This document shows positions 35,989-44,079 of a stretch of 57,122 nucleotides of DNA, one piece after another. The notes below the pieces were generated by a model. That model was not told where the DNA came from, ran no database searches, and was given only the letters and a program-made list of their open reading frames with translations. Origin of the DNA: an uncultured Eubacteriales bacterium (GTDB lineage: Bacteria > Acidobacteriota > Aminicenantia > Aminicenantales > Aminicenantaceae); NCBI GenBank assembly GCA_964540205.1, contig CAZIMJ010000142.1, forward strand, positions 1-57,122, written 5' to 3'. The first letter of the stretch is position 1; each line of letters starts with the position of its first letter. A program made the position numbers and the translations under genes.

Positions 35989-38007
35989 TCAGAGGGATTC
36001 GTTTTCTGTTTCTTTTCCTATGGAGTCCACATTTTTTATCAAATTTGTCAAGGCCTCTTCCATATACATATAATTATGGATTCCTGAGCTACCGTCAAGC
36101 TTGATATTCTGAAGTGTGCATTCGGTTTCCCGCAGTGTCTTCTTCTCTTGTTCGCTCAGCTTCAGCTTTTTCTTTTCCTTTAGGAGTGACATCAGAGATG
36201 CGGACAGATCCTTCACGGATTGTTGCCATTCTGTGAACATGTCAGCATAATCCTCATCATGGCAGTCCAGGCACTTATTTTTATCGGACCTGAATATGTT
36301 GTTCTGATCATTAAAATGACAATCTGTACATTCTGCACCCGCTTCGAACATGATGTCTCCGGGGACTTCTTTTTCGTTGAGGATCCCACCCTGATAGAAA
36401 GTTTTCTGCAATTGATGACAACTCGTACAGTCTTTCTTAAGGTCTTTATGGTGACAGGACGCACAGCCCTTCTTTGTGGCGATGAGCTCGCCATGCGTGC
36501 GGACGTTTGAATGGCAGGTGTCACACTGGATGTTCTGTTCGATGAGGTGTTTTTTGTGTGGGAAATTTAGACCATAGACATATGCATTGATTTCCTCGAT
36601 CCCTTGATGGTAGTTGGAACACTGAGTGGGGATGTTTTTAGCTGGAGCTTCAAACGTTGGAGGTTTATAACGAGATTCAATGACATTCAGCGCCTCAAGC
36701 ATCTTATTGTAAGCAGCAAAAAGCAGTTCTTGGGAATAGGCGAAATTGTGGACACTCTTACCCTTGTCCACAATTTCGATATTGAATAGCGCTTCTTCCA
36801 TGAGGGATTCCGCATTCCTCTTGTTTGTGTGTCTTGATCCTTTGACGATCTGCAATGTGGAATTGTAGACAGACCTGATTTGGATTAGTTTTTTTGCGGT
36901 TGAGGTTTCCCAATCCCTGAGGATGAGAGAAAAACCTTTGGCATGGCAGGATTCACAGGATTCCGCCTCGGAAACAAATGTTTCTCCCTTGATGCCGTCG
37001 CCTTTGGCTTCCTCATGAAAGATGTGACAGCCTTTGCAGCTCAGTCCTTTTTCAAGCATGATGTTGGGCATGGGGTGAGAAACGCCCTTGCCACCTTCTC
37101 CGATATACAGCATTTTTTGAGCTTTATGAAAATCCGTATGACAGGATTGGCAATTGGCGATAGATTCAATATCCTTGATGATCTTGTGCTGGATTTCCAT
37201 GTGGCATTGGTTGCATTCGATTTTATTCTGAAAAATGTGTGTGTCGTGCATCAGGTCAGTATCCTCGTATTGCTCAAGCCTATCTTGCTCCCAGTGGCAC
37301 TTGTAACAGTTTTCTCTAGGAACTTCTCCATCACCAAGGACAGTGTTGGCGTGGCATTTGTCACAGGTGAAACCGTTATCGAAAACAAGAGAGTGATTGA
37401 ATCGTGTGTCTTCATTGTTGACAAGGGTGTCTTTTGTATGGCAATGGGAACAATCATCTATCTGGGGATAGTGCTCGCTTTTTTTGAAATGGCAGATGAA
37501 GCAGGTGCTTTCAGTGACCGTGATGTGCTCTCCCTGAACGATCTGGGAGTGGCAGCTTGTGCACTGGAGGCGTTTCCCCCTTTTTAGATCTTCGAAATGG
37601 ATTTTGTGGTCGAAGACAACCTTTTTGAATTTGACTCGGCCTTCAAGTAACCTTCTATCGTGACATCCTTCTGTCAAGCAACTCTCATCGCGGATCTCTG
37701 CCCATGGTTTAGATTTGACGTAAAGCTTAGTCCAGTAGCGACCCACCATGACGAGTCCCTCGATCTTTTTTCTCAACACGGACCGGATTCCTCCGGATGG
37801 TGGATAATGGCACGCACTGCATTCGAATTCACTGTGCGAAGATGTTTCCCAACTTTCGAAAAAAGGCTTCATAAAATGGCATGAGGCACAAAAACCCGAA
37901 TGAGACGTGAATTCCACGGCTGTAACAAACAGAACTAGAACAAATAAAGCGATACTGCCAAAAATGATAAGTCTCTTTTTTCTTTTTTTATGTTTCTTTT
38001 CTTTCAT
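35989..38007 (-). CDS. membrane-anchored multiheme cytochrome (16 CXXCH + 1 CX4CH) with a NapC/NirT/NrfH-like N-terminus
   Basis: ATG 38007 after GAGGA gives MKEKKHKKRKKRLIIFGSIALFVLVLFV (TM anchor). CASCH...CSACH follows, as in NapC/NrfH quinol dehydrogenases, then 14 further CXXCH motifs. The track extension to 38292 overlaps ccsA. Confidence 0.85.
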   Translation of the reverse strand: MKEKKHKKRKKRLIIFGSIALFVLVLFVTAVEFTSHSGFCASCHFMKPFFESWETSSHSEFECSACHYPPSGGIRSVLRKKIEGLVMVGRYWTKLYVKSKPWAEIRDESCLTEGCHDRRLLEGRVKFKKVVFDHKIHFEDLKRGKRLQCTSCHSQIVQGEHITVTESTCFICHFKKSEHYPQIDDCSHCHTKDTLVNNEDTRFNHSLVFDNGFTCDKCHANTVLGDGEVPRENCYKCHWEQDRLEQYEDTDLMHDTHIFQNKIECNQCHMEIQHKIIKDIESIANCQSCHTDFHKAQKMLYIGEGGKGVSHPMPNIMLEKGLSCKGCHIFHEEAKGDGIKGETFVSEAESCESCHAKGFSLILRDWETSTAKKLIQIRSVYNSTLQIVKGSRHTNKRNAESLMEEALFNIEIVDKGKSVHNFAYSQELLFAAYNKMLEALNVIESRYKPPTFEAPAKNIPTQCSNYHQGIEEINAYVYGLNFPHKKHLIEQNIQCDTCHSNVRTHGELIATKKGCASCHHKDLKKDCTSCHQLQKTFYQGGILNEKEVPGDIMFEAGAECTDCHFNDQNNIFRSDKNKCLDCHDEDYADMFTEWQQSVKDLSASLMSLLKEKKKLKLSEQEKKTLRETECTLQNIKLDGSSGIHNYMYMEEALTNLIKNVDSIGKETENESL

Positions 38008-38138
38008 CGCTTTTTCCTCGTGGATATTCAGCCGCGTATTATAGTCGATCTGCCTGAGTTTGGATCTCTTCGTTATCCTGTTATCTTCTCTATTTCTTAA
38101 TCGAACTCTTTTATTACAGAGTCGCTCTGGCACGGAGA

Positions 38139-38957
38139 TCAAGTGTAGCTGTGGAGTCCGGCTAGCAGATAATTCACGCCGAAGTAAGTGAAGAGTGCAG
38201 CAAGAAATCCGATTACGGCGATGAGTGCGGACCGGCGCCCCTTCCAACCCATCACGACCCGTGTGTGTAAATACAGAGCAAAAACGAACCAAGTGATCAG
38301 ACTCCAGGTCTCTTTAGGGTCCCAACTCCAGTAACTTCCCCAGGCTTTATAAGCCCAGACCATACCGAAAACGAGTCCTCCAAGTGTAAAAAGCGGGAAT
38401 CCGATGGCGATGGTTCTATAACTGATGGAATCGAGTTTTTCAGCTGTCAGAGAAGATTTTGCAGCCATTCCCTTTTTCTCTTTAGAATCTGCCACTAGAT
38501 ACATAATGCTTGTGATAAATCCTACAGCGAAAAAAGCCTCACCGAGAAGAGTGACAGAAACATGAAGCCACAGCCAATAACTCTGGAGTGCAGGGACAAG
38601 TGGTGTGGCTTCTTTGGGCATGAGTGGCGAGGAGGCCAGTGCCATCAGCCCGATCACAATAAGCATAAAATACGGACCGGCATTTTTTATTTTAAACTTC
38701 CCTTCGATAAGAACATAGGCAAAGATGGCGGACCATGCGAGGAAAGAGAGGGATTCATACATGTTTGTAAAGGGCGCATGTCCGCTTTCAATTGTTCTTA
38801 AAATCAGAGCCGCCGTATGAACGATGAGACCCGCAAATGCAAAGGTGTATCCTGATTTGGCGAGGTTATCTTTTTTCGAAAAGAGGTAGGTAAAATAAAA
38901 GAATGCAGCCACGATGCAGAGGATAAACGCTATAAGAAATAGAGTGGATTCGTTCAT
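38139..38957 (-). CDS. ccsA: cytochrome c biogenesis protein CcsA/ResC (system II heme handling)
   Basis: WGSYWSWDPKETWSLITW tryptophan-rich (WWD) motif, multi-TM, 272 aa. 4-nt overlap with the resB-like gene. Confidence 0.9.
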   Translation of the reverse strand: MNESTLFLIAFILCIVAAFFYFTYLFSKKDNLAKSGYTFAFAGLIVHTAALILRTIESGHAPFTNMYESLSFLAWSAIFAYVLIEGKFKIKNAGPYFMLIVIGLMALASSPLMPKEATPLVPALQSYWLWLHVSVTLLGEAFFAVGFITSIMYLVADSKEKKGMAAKSSLTAEKLDSISYRTIAIGFPLFTLGGLVFGMVWAYKAWGSYWSWDPKETWSLITWFVFALYLHTRVVMGWKGRRSALIAVIGFLAALFTYFGVNYLLAGLHSYT

Positions 38958-40306
38958 TGTGATCTCCTTATGGACTCCATGATTTTGTCAAACTCCGATT
39001 GGAAATCCTCGCGGTTTTTAGCGGCTATCCCGCCGGTTGTGAGATCCGTTTTATTCTGACTTTCTTCAAGGATGATTTTGATCTCTCGAGTGGGCCAGAA
39101 AAAAGCTACAAATAGGCCAACCATAAGAAGGGTACAGCCCACCCAGATAAAGTTGACTCCGGGGTCCTTGGACATCTGAATACCAGAGTATTGGGCGGCT
39201 CGCAAGTCTTTAAATTCAAAGGATAGATCGGTTTCTATGGCTGAATGCATGCGCCCGAAGTCAGGGAACTTGGCAAAGATCCAACTTGAGAATACTTTCT
39301 CTTCCTCTCGCCAGCCTTCGATATAGGCTGCAGGATTATTTGGCTCGAGCGAGCGGGTGGCGATCTCGTTGTTCTCACCGATGATGAAATCCGGAACAAA
39401 ATTGATGACAGCTATTTCGATGTTCTCCTCACCGATCTGCGCTTTTTCTCCCACTCCGAGCTCAAACTTTTTCAAGAAGGCGGGGTCATTTTTCTTTTTG
39501 GCCCAGATCTCTAGTGTAGGATTCTCCCAATCCCATCCATAACTGCTCTGGTAGAAGACAAATCCTTTATGGGAGAGTGGGTGATTGACCTCGATGGTTT
39601 TAGATAAAACATCCGAGCCGTTTTCTATAACTGTGAGGGTGCTTTTCCAGTCCCGGACACTCCCGTTTGGATGATACTCTGTGACAAACTTATCCAGCCG
39701 GAGTTCAAAATCTGCTTGGGGGACAGGAATGGTTTTCCCCTCGGAAATATTCAGATTGGTCCGGAATCCGCTCATTCCACTGATAATCCCACCGATGATA
39801 ATTATGAGAAGGCCGAGATGAACGATATCTGAGCCGAAAAGTCCGAGTACTCGCTTCCGTGCGAGTAAGAACGCCGTGTTTTCGTTTTGATCTGTTTTAA
39901 GACGGAAATGTTTGGATGAAAGCATTTTTTGGACATCAGGTATTGTCTTTTCTAGATTCTGATTCTTTTTGAAACTGGCTGTTGTTTTCAGAGAGAGCAG
40001 CTTCTTTTTCTCTGTCTCAAACTTTGGTTGGAATGCCTTTCTCAATTTTGGAGAGAGGCGGGTGAGTGTGCAAACAAGGATATTCACTGCAAAGAGAAAG
40101 AGCAGAGAGATGAACCACCAGGATTGATAAAGTTTGGTGAACTCTAGCCTGATGAGAAAATTAGCAATATCTCCGTATCGGTCCAAATATTCTCCCGGGC
40201 TGCGCTGCTGAGGGATCAATGTGCCCAGAATGGAAGCTATGGTGATAAAGATCAAAAGAAAAATGGCGAGTTTAACAGAACTGAAAAAATTGAAAAATGA
40301 TTTCAT
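38954..40306 (-). CDS. ccsB: cytochrome c biogenesis protein ResB/CcsB
   Basis: N-terminus FFSSVKLAIFLLIFITIASILGTLIPQ, a large periplasmic domain and C-terminal TM helices, 450 aa. Confidence 0.9.
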   Translation of the reverse strand: MKSFFNFFSSVKLAIFLLIFITIASILGTLIPQQRSPGEYLDRYGDIANFLIRLEFTKLYQSWWFISLLFLFAVNILVCTLTRLSPKLRKAFQPKFETEKKKLLSLKTTASFKKNQNLEKTIPDVQKMLSSKHFRLKTDQNENTAFLLARKRVLGLFGSDIVHLGLLIIIIGGIISGMSGFRTNLNISEGKTIPVPQADFELRLDKFVTEYHPNGSVRDWKSTLTVIENGSDVLSKTIEVNHPLSHKGFVFYQSSYGWDWENPTLEIWAKKKNDPAFLKKFELGVGEKAQIGEENIEIAVINFVPDFIIGENNEIATRSLEPNNPAAYIEGWREEEKVFSSWIFAKFPDFGRMHSAIETDLSFEFKDLRAAQYSGIQMSKDPGVNFIWVGCTLLMVGLFVAFFWPTREIKIILEESQNKTDLTTGGIAAKNREDFQSEFDKIMESIRRSQ

Positions 40307-40522
40307 TGGACCCTGCTTATATCAGAGATAAGGATTAGTAGGAATAATATAGAATAAGTTGCCTTATGGCAACAACGTAACAATTTTTCCTTGTTCTCTT
40401 CTAAGTTATAGTATCTTTATAGTTAAAGACTCCATATTATATCATATCTATGAAAATAGTAGGTTTAACTTTTTACCTGTTCGTGCTGTTTGACTCCGAA
40501 TCTTCTGATCTTGGCTCGAAAT

Positions 40523-41767
40523 CTAGTGATCTTCTCCGTGTGCAGCTCGAAGCACCTTGGCTTCATGTTTGATCTCCGCAAGTGACCGCTGCATCTCGCT
40601 CCAGCCATACCAGAGGGCATAATCCGGATTGGCATGGAATGTCCCCTGGAAGGTTCTCATTCTGTGTTCAAGAAACATTACGAAGAGTTTCTGTTCGACC
40701 AGGGTGGGAGCATCATGGAAGGTAAGGAGATCCGGGAATGGGTAAGCATAACTTTCAGGTTTCTTCAAGGTTCCACCTTTATACAGACCAGCAACTATCT
40801 GGATGGCTTCGGCCATCAACCGGTCGGCTTCCTTGATCATCTGATCGCCTTTTTCCAGTTCAGATTTGGCAAAGTTCAGAGAATGGCAGTCATTACATGT
40901 CTTCAGCATTTTGTCACGCTCTGTCTGCCAGTCTTCTTGAGTTAGGCGGGCAACATTGGCAGCTTTGACCACATCGAGTCTTGCGGTAGGATTCCCCTCC
41001 GGATCGAGAACTCCCAATCCCCGGAGGATCGTGGCACGGTCTGCTGCCCACTGTTTGTCTTCGGGCATGGGTAGCCGGACCGCAAGAAATCCCCAGGCCG
41101 TGAGCACGGCATGATTGCCTTCCTGCATGTGGCAAGTCTGGCAGGTGGGAGCAGCGACAGTTTCAGGGAGTGTTTTATTCTGCTTGAGCAGGTAGCGGAC
41201 GCCATGTTTTGAGCCGGAGTACATTTCCCACTGGGGGTGGTCAAAACCCATGTGGCAAGTCTGGCAGGCTTGAGGTTGTTTGGCCTCTTGAACAGAAAAT
41301 ATATGACGTGTATGACAGGCATCGCAGGAGGCGACACCGAATCCTGCGCCTGTCTTCTTCAATTCTTGAATTTCTTCCTCGGTCTTCAATCCGATCTTAT
41401 GGCAGGCGCCGCAGCCCTTCATCCCTTCCATCAATGCCATCGGTTGCCAGTGTGCTGTGGGCATGGCCTTCATTGCTGCCCATGCGGCGGCGTGCTTTCC
41501 CGCTTTGAACTCTGCGACCTGTTCATCATGACATTCGGCGCATGTGTCTGGTGTAGGGATCCGGACTTTGTCCACGTCATAGGGATCTTTGTGCTGATCC
41601 CCGTGACATACCGAGCAGTCCACATCATTCTGGCTGTGTTTGCTTAACTGCCAATCCGATACAATGTTGGGAGTGACTTTGGTGTGACAGGTCACACACT
41701 CTTTAGCAAAGGCACCCGCACTAAACATAAAAACAGCTAAAAAAATAAAAACGATTTTAGCCTTCAA
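40523..41767 (-). CDS. octaheme c-type cytochrome, hydroxylamine-oxidoreductase (HAO)-like family
   Basis: 8 CXXCH motifs. CDACHTRHIFS...CQTCHMGFDHPQWEMYSGSKHG resembles the HAO/octaheme family core as I recall it. Signal peptide present. TTG start after GGGAGG. Confidence 0.7.
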   Translation of the reverse strand: MKAKIVFIFLAVFMFSAGAFAKECVTCHTKVTPNIVSDWQLSKHSQNDVDCSVCHGDQHKDPYDVDKVRIPTPDTCAECHDEQVAEFKAGKHAAAWAAMKAMPTAHWQPMALMEGMKGCGACHKIGLKTEEEIQELKKTGAGFGVASCDACHTRHIFSVQEAKQPQACQTCHMGFDHPQWEMYSGSKHGVRYLLKQNKTLPETVAAPTCQTCHMQEGNHAVLTAWGFLAVRLPMPEDKQWAADRATILRGLGVLDPEGNPTARLDVVKAANVARLTQEDWQTERDKMLKTCNDCHSLNFAKSELEKGDQMIKEADRLMAEAIQIVAGLYKGGTLKKPESYAYPFPDLLTFHDAPTLVEQKLFVMFLEHRMRTFQGTFHANPDYALWYGWSEMQRSLAEIKHEAKVLRAAHGEDH

Positions 41768-41818
41768 TTTGTACCTCCCTCCTCAGAGATATAAAATCGC
41801 AAGATCATTAGATTATAA

Positions 41819-41847
41819 ATTCTATAGAAGTAGTAAGGTCTTTTCAA
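41819..41847 (-). promoter_or_regulatory. candidate sigma70 promoter of the HAO-like gene
   Basis: Minus strand reads TTGAAA (41847-41842), N17, TAGAAT (41824-41819), about 50 nt upstream of the TTG start. Confidence 0.35.
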
Positions 41848-41857
41848 GAAAAAAGAT

Positions 41858-41894
41858 AAAAAAAAGGGCAGCATTTTCGGATGCTGCCCTTTTT
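41858..41894 (-). terminator. rho-independent terminator ending the porin-cytochrome operon
   Basis: GGGCAGCAT-tttcgg-ATGCTGCCC is a 9-bp GC-rich stem. It is flanked by A8 on the plus strand (U8 on the minus transcript) and T5. Lies 27 nt downstream of the 41921 stop. Confidence 0.8.
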
Positions 41895-41920
41895 GTAACT
41901 AGCCTATCGGGTGCTTCATC

Positions 41921-44068
41921 TTAGCGCCATTTGTATGGGCTAACATCTCCTCCGAGGTGTCCGATTGAATCCACGAGCAATTGAGAAATGTACTTGGAAT
42001 TATGGATGAATCCATGGGATTCTTTCTTGCTGACTTGGTAGTTGTAAGCCGCTCTAAGCAGTTTTGCATCGAAACTAAGGTAAAGATTCGGATAGATGGC
42101 TTCACCCGGGTCTACTATTCCATTTCCGTTGCGGTCGTTGAAGAAGTACGGATAGGCAAGACTATCGTAGACAATGGGTGCACCGATCACAGTTGCCGCG
42201 TAGACCTGGATTTGAGCGTAAAGGGCTTCTTCGAGGATTTTGATTTCAGATTCGATGGATTCGGTAATGTCTCCATTGCCGTTGTAATCAGGCGTGGGAG
42301 CAGGACGAATACCACTGAACTTGAACTTGGCGGGATCTGCACCAGGATTCGGCTGAGAGACATCCTGTCCGTGGCAGTAGACACAGTCTTCGGGATTGGG
42401 TTTGTGTACGTTGTGGAGTTCACCTGTATAGTCATAAGGTTTATGCTCGCTCTGTGTCCCCATGTGGCACTCGACACATGTGTCGAACTGGCCGTTGTGG
42501 TTGTGCCAAAGTTTCTGTCCTATGTATTGTTTACCCTTGAACTCGTATCCGCCGTGAACTTCGGACCCAAACAGGACGGCTGCTGTGGGATAGTAGTGGA
42601 TATTGATGAATGTGTAGGGGCCACCTGGTTTGGCAGCGATTGCTTGGTCGATTGTTTTTTTCGATTCACGTCCCTGATGACAGTTCAGACAGAGGTTGCT
42701 ACTATCGCCCATGTCCTCACTCACTCCGGATGGGAACTCGACAGCACTAAATTGCAGCACAGCTGGAGGAGAGGTATGACAGGTCACACAGAGCATTCCA
42801 TTGGAGAGTTCTGCAGGCATGTTTTCACCAAATTCAAGAAGATCTCGAAGGCCGACGGTGCTGTGGCATTTGGCACAACTGCCCGGAATTTCTCCATCTT
42901 CATCCCAGTGTCTCCAGGCCTCGGCTGAACCGTCAAAATGGCCCTCGTCGGTCCTGTGCATTTCACTAATGTCCACAGGATTTTTAAGCTTTTTGTTCAA
43001 ATCCGCGGTGGAATCATAGAGAAGCTCTATAATGTATTTCCCACCGTGAGCATAGGCGTTCGGGTCTTTCTGAGCGACCTGATAGTTGTAGCAAGCCTTG
43101 AGAAGACGACCTGTAAAAAAGGTGTATCTGTTGCCGAAGTTCGCTTCATCTGGATCAGCGACACCGTTTCCGTTTGTGTCATTGAAAAAATAGGGGTAGG
43201 TATGGGAATCGTAGACAATGGGATTACCAGTGACCGTACTTCCATATTTCTGGATAGCTCTGTAGAGTCTGCTTTTGAATGGTTCGATCTCGTAGTAGAT
43301 GCCTTCTTCCATATCCCCATCACCATCATAGTCAACGAATGAGCCGTAATAGCGGATATCTTTGGGATCTCTGACTCCGGTATGACAGGTTTGGCATGGC
43401 CCACTGATGTCTACTTCTAATGAATGTGAATTGTGGCAGGTGATGCAGGCGTTATAACCCGGGATGTGAGCGAATCGAGCATCGTATGTGATTCCGTCAT
43501 ACTCGTATCCTGCATGGACAACGCTTCCAAATTGGTCGGCAGCTGCCGCATAATAGTGGATGTTAAGGAATCCAATATCGGCGCTCACGGTATCGTCATC
43601 TGCAACATTTGCGTCTTCGATTTCCTCATCCACTGTTATTTTCGACTCTCTTCCCTGATGGCACTCCATACATAGGGCTTCTGGGCCTATTCCCTCCACC
43701 GTTACTCCCGATGGAAATGTCACATCTGTGTGGTTATGCACGATTCCTCGCTCTGGGTCTGAATGGCAGGCTTCACATTCTATTCCTTGCGGGAGTGGTT
43801 GACTGCCCGTGCTCCCGGATTGCAAAAACGATACTATTCCTGTGGGCGTGTGGCATTTAGCACAGTCTGCCTCAACCTCCCCGTCTTCGTCCCAATGCCT
43901 AAAAGCTTCGGCATCGGCGTCCGCATGTCCTGATGTACTCCATAGCTTTTCTGCGTGTGTTTTTTTCGACTGGATACCCACTTGGTCGTCGGATTTTGCT
44001 GTGAGCGAGAAAAAAGCGGCCAAAAAGACTACCAACAGGATGCTTAGAATTTGTGGTTTCTTTATCAT
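41921..44068 (-). CDS. secreted decaheme cytochrome built from two tandem pentaheme modules
   Basis: Signal peptide and 10 CXXCH motifs. Residues about 40-370 and 375-715 are clearly homologous (for example AFRHWDEDGE..CAKCH / AWRHWDEDGE..CAKCH; YPYFFNDTNGNGV.DP / YPYFFNDRNGNGIVDP). Confidence 0.85.
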   Translation of the reverse strand: MIKKPQILSILLVVFLAAFFSLTAKSDDQVGIQSKKTHAEKLWSTSGHADADAEAFRHWDEDGEVEADCAKCHTPTGIVSFLQSGSTGSQPLPQGIECEACHSDPERGIVHNHTDVTFPSGVTVEGIGPEALCMECHQGRESKITVDEEIEDANVADDDTVSADIGFLNIHYYAAAADQFGSVVHAGYEYDGITYDARFAHIPGYNACITCHNSHSLEVDISGPCQTCHTGVRDPKDIRYYGSFVDYDGDGDMEEGIYYEIEPFKSRLYRAIQKYGSTVTGNPIVYDSHTYPYFFNDTNGNGVADPDEANFGNRYTFFTGRLLKACYNYQVAQKDPNAYAHGGKYIIELLYDSTADLNKKLKNPVDISEMHRTDEGHFDGSAEAWRHWDEDGEIPGSCAKCHSTVGLRDLLEFGENMPAELSNGMLCVTCHTSPPAVLQFSAVEFPSGVSEDMGDSSNLCLNCHQGRESKKTIDQAIAAKPGGPYTFINIHYYPTAAVLFGSEVHGGYEFKGKQYIGQKLWHNHNGQFDTCVECHMGTQSEHKPYDYTGELHNVHKPNPEDCVYCHGQDVSQPNPGADPAKFKFSGIRPAPTPDYNGNGDITESIESEIKILEEALYAQIQVYAATVIGAPIVYDSLAYPYFFNDRNGNGIVDPGEAIYPNLYLSFDAKLLRAAYNYQVSKKESHGFIHNSKYISQLLVDSIGHLGGDVSPYKWR

Positions 44069-44079
44069 GGGTTCCTCCT

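Noticed and set aside
38008-38292. N-terminal 95-codon extension of the multiheme ORF (track start 38292)
   Set aside because: It overlaps the 3' end of ccsA in another frame and is Arg-rich and non-hydrophobic. The internal ATG 38007 has a GAGGA RBS and yields a classical basic n-region plus TM anchor.
41981-42928. 315-aa plus-strand ORF (plus 42938..43342, 43809..44123 and others) opposite the 715-aa decaheme gene
   Set aside because: These are antisense shadow ORFs. They have no RBS and a low-complexity, Val/Phe/Arg-rich composition. The minus-strand frame carries ten CXXCH motifs, a signal peptide and an internal repeat structure.
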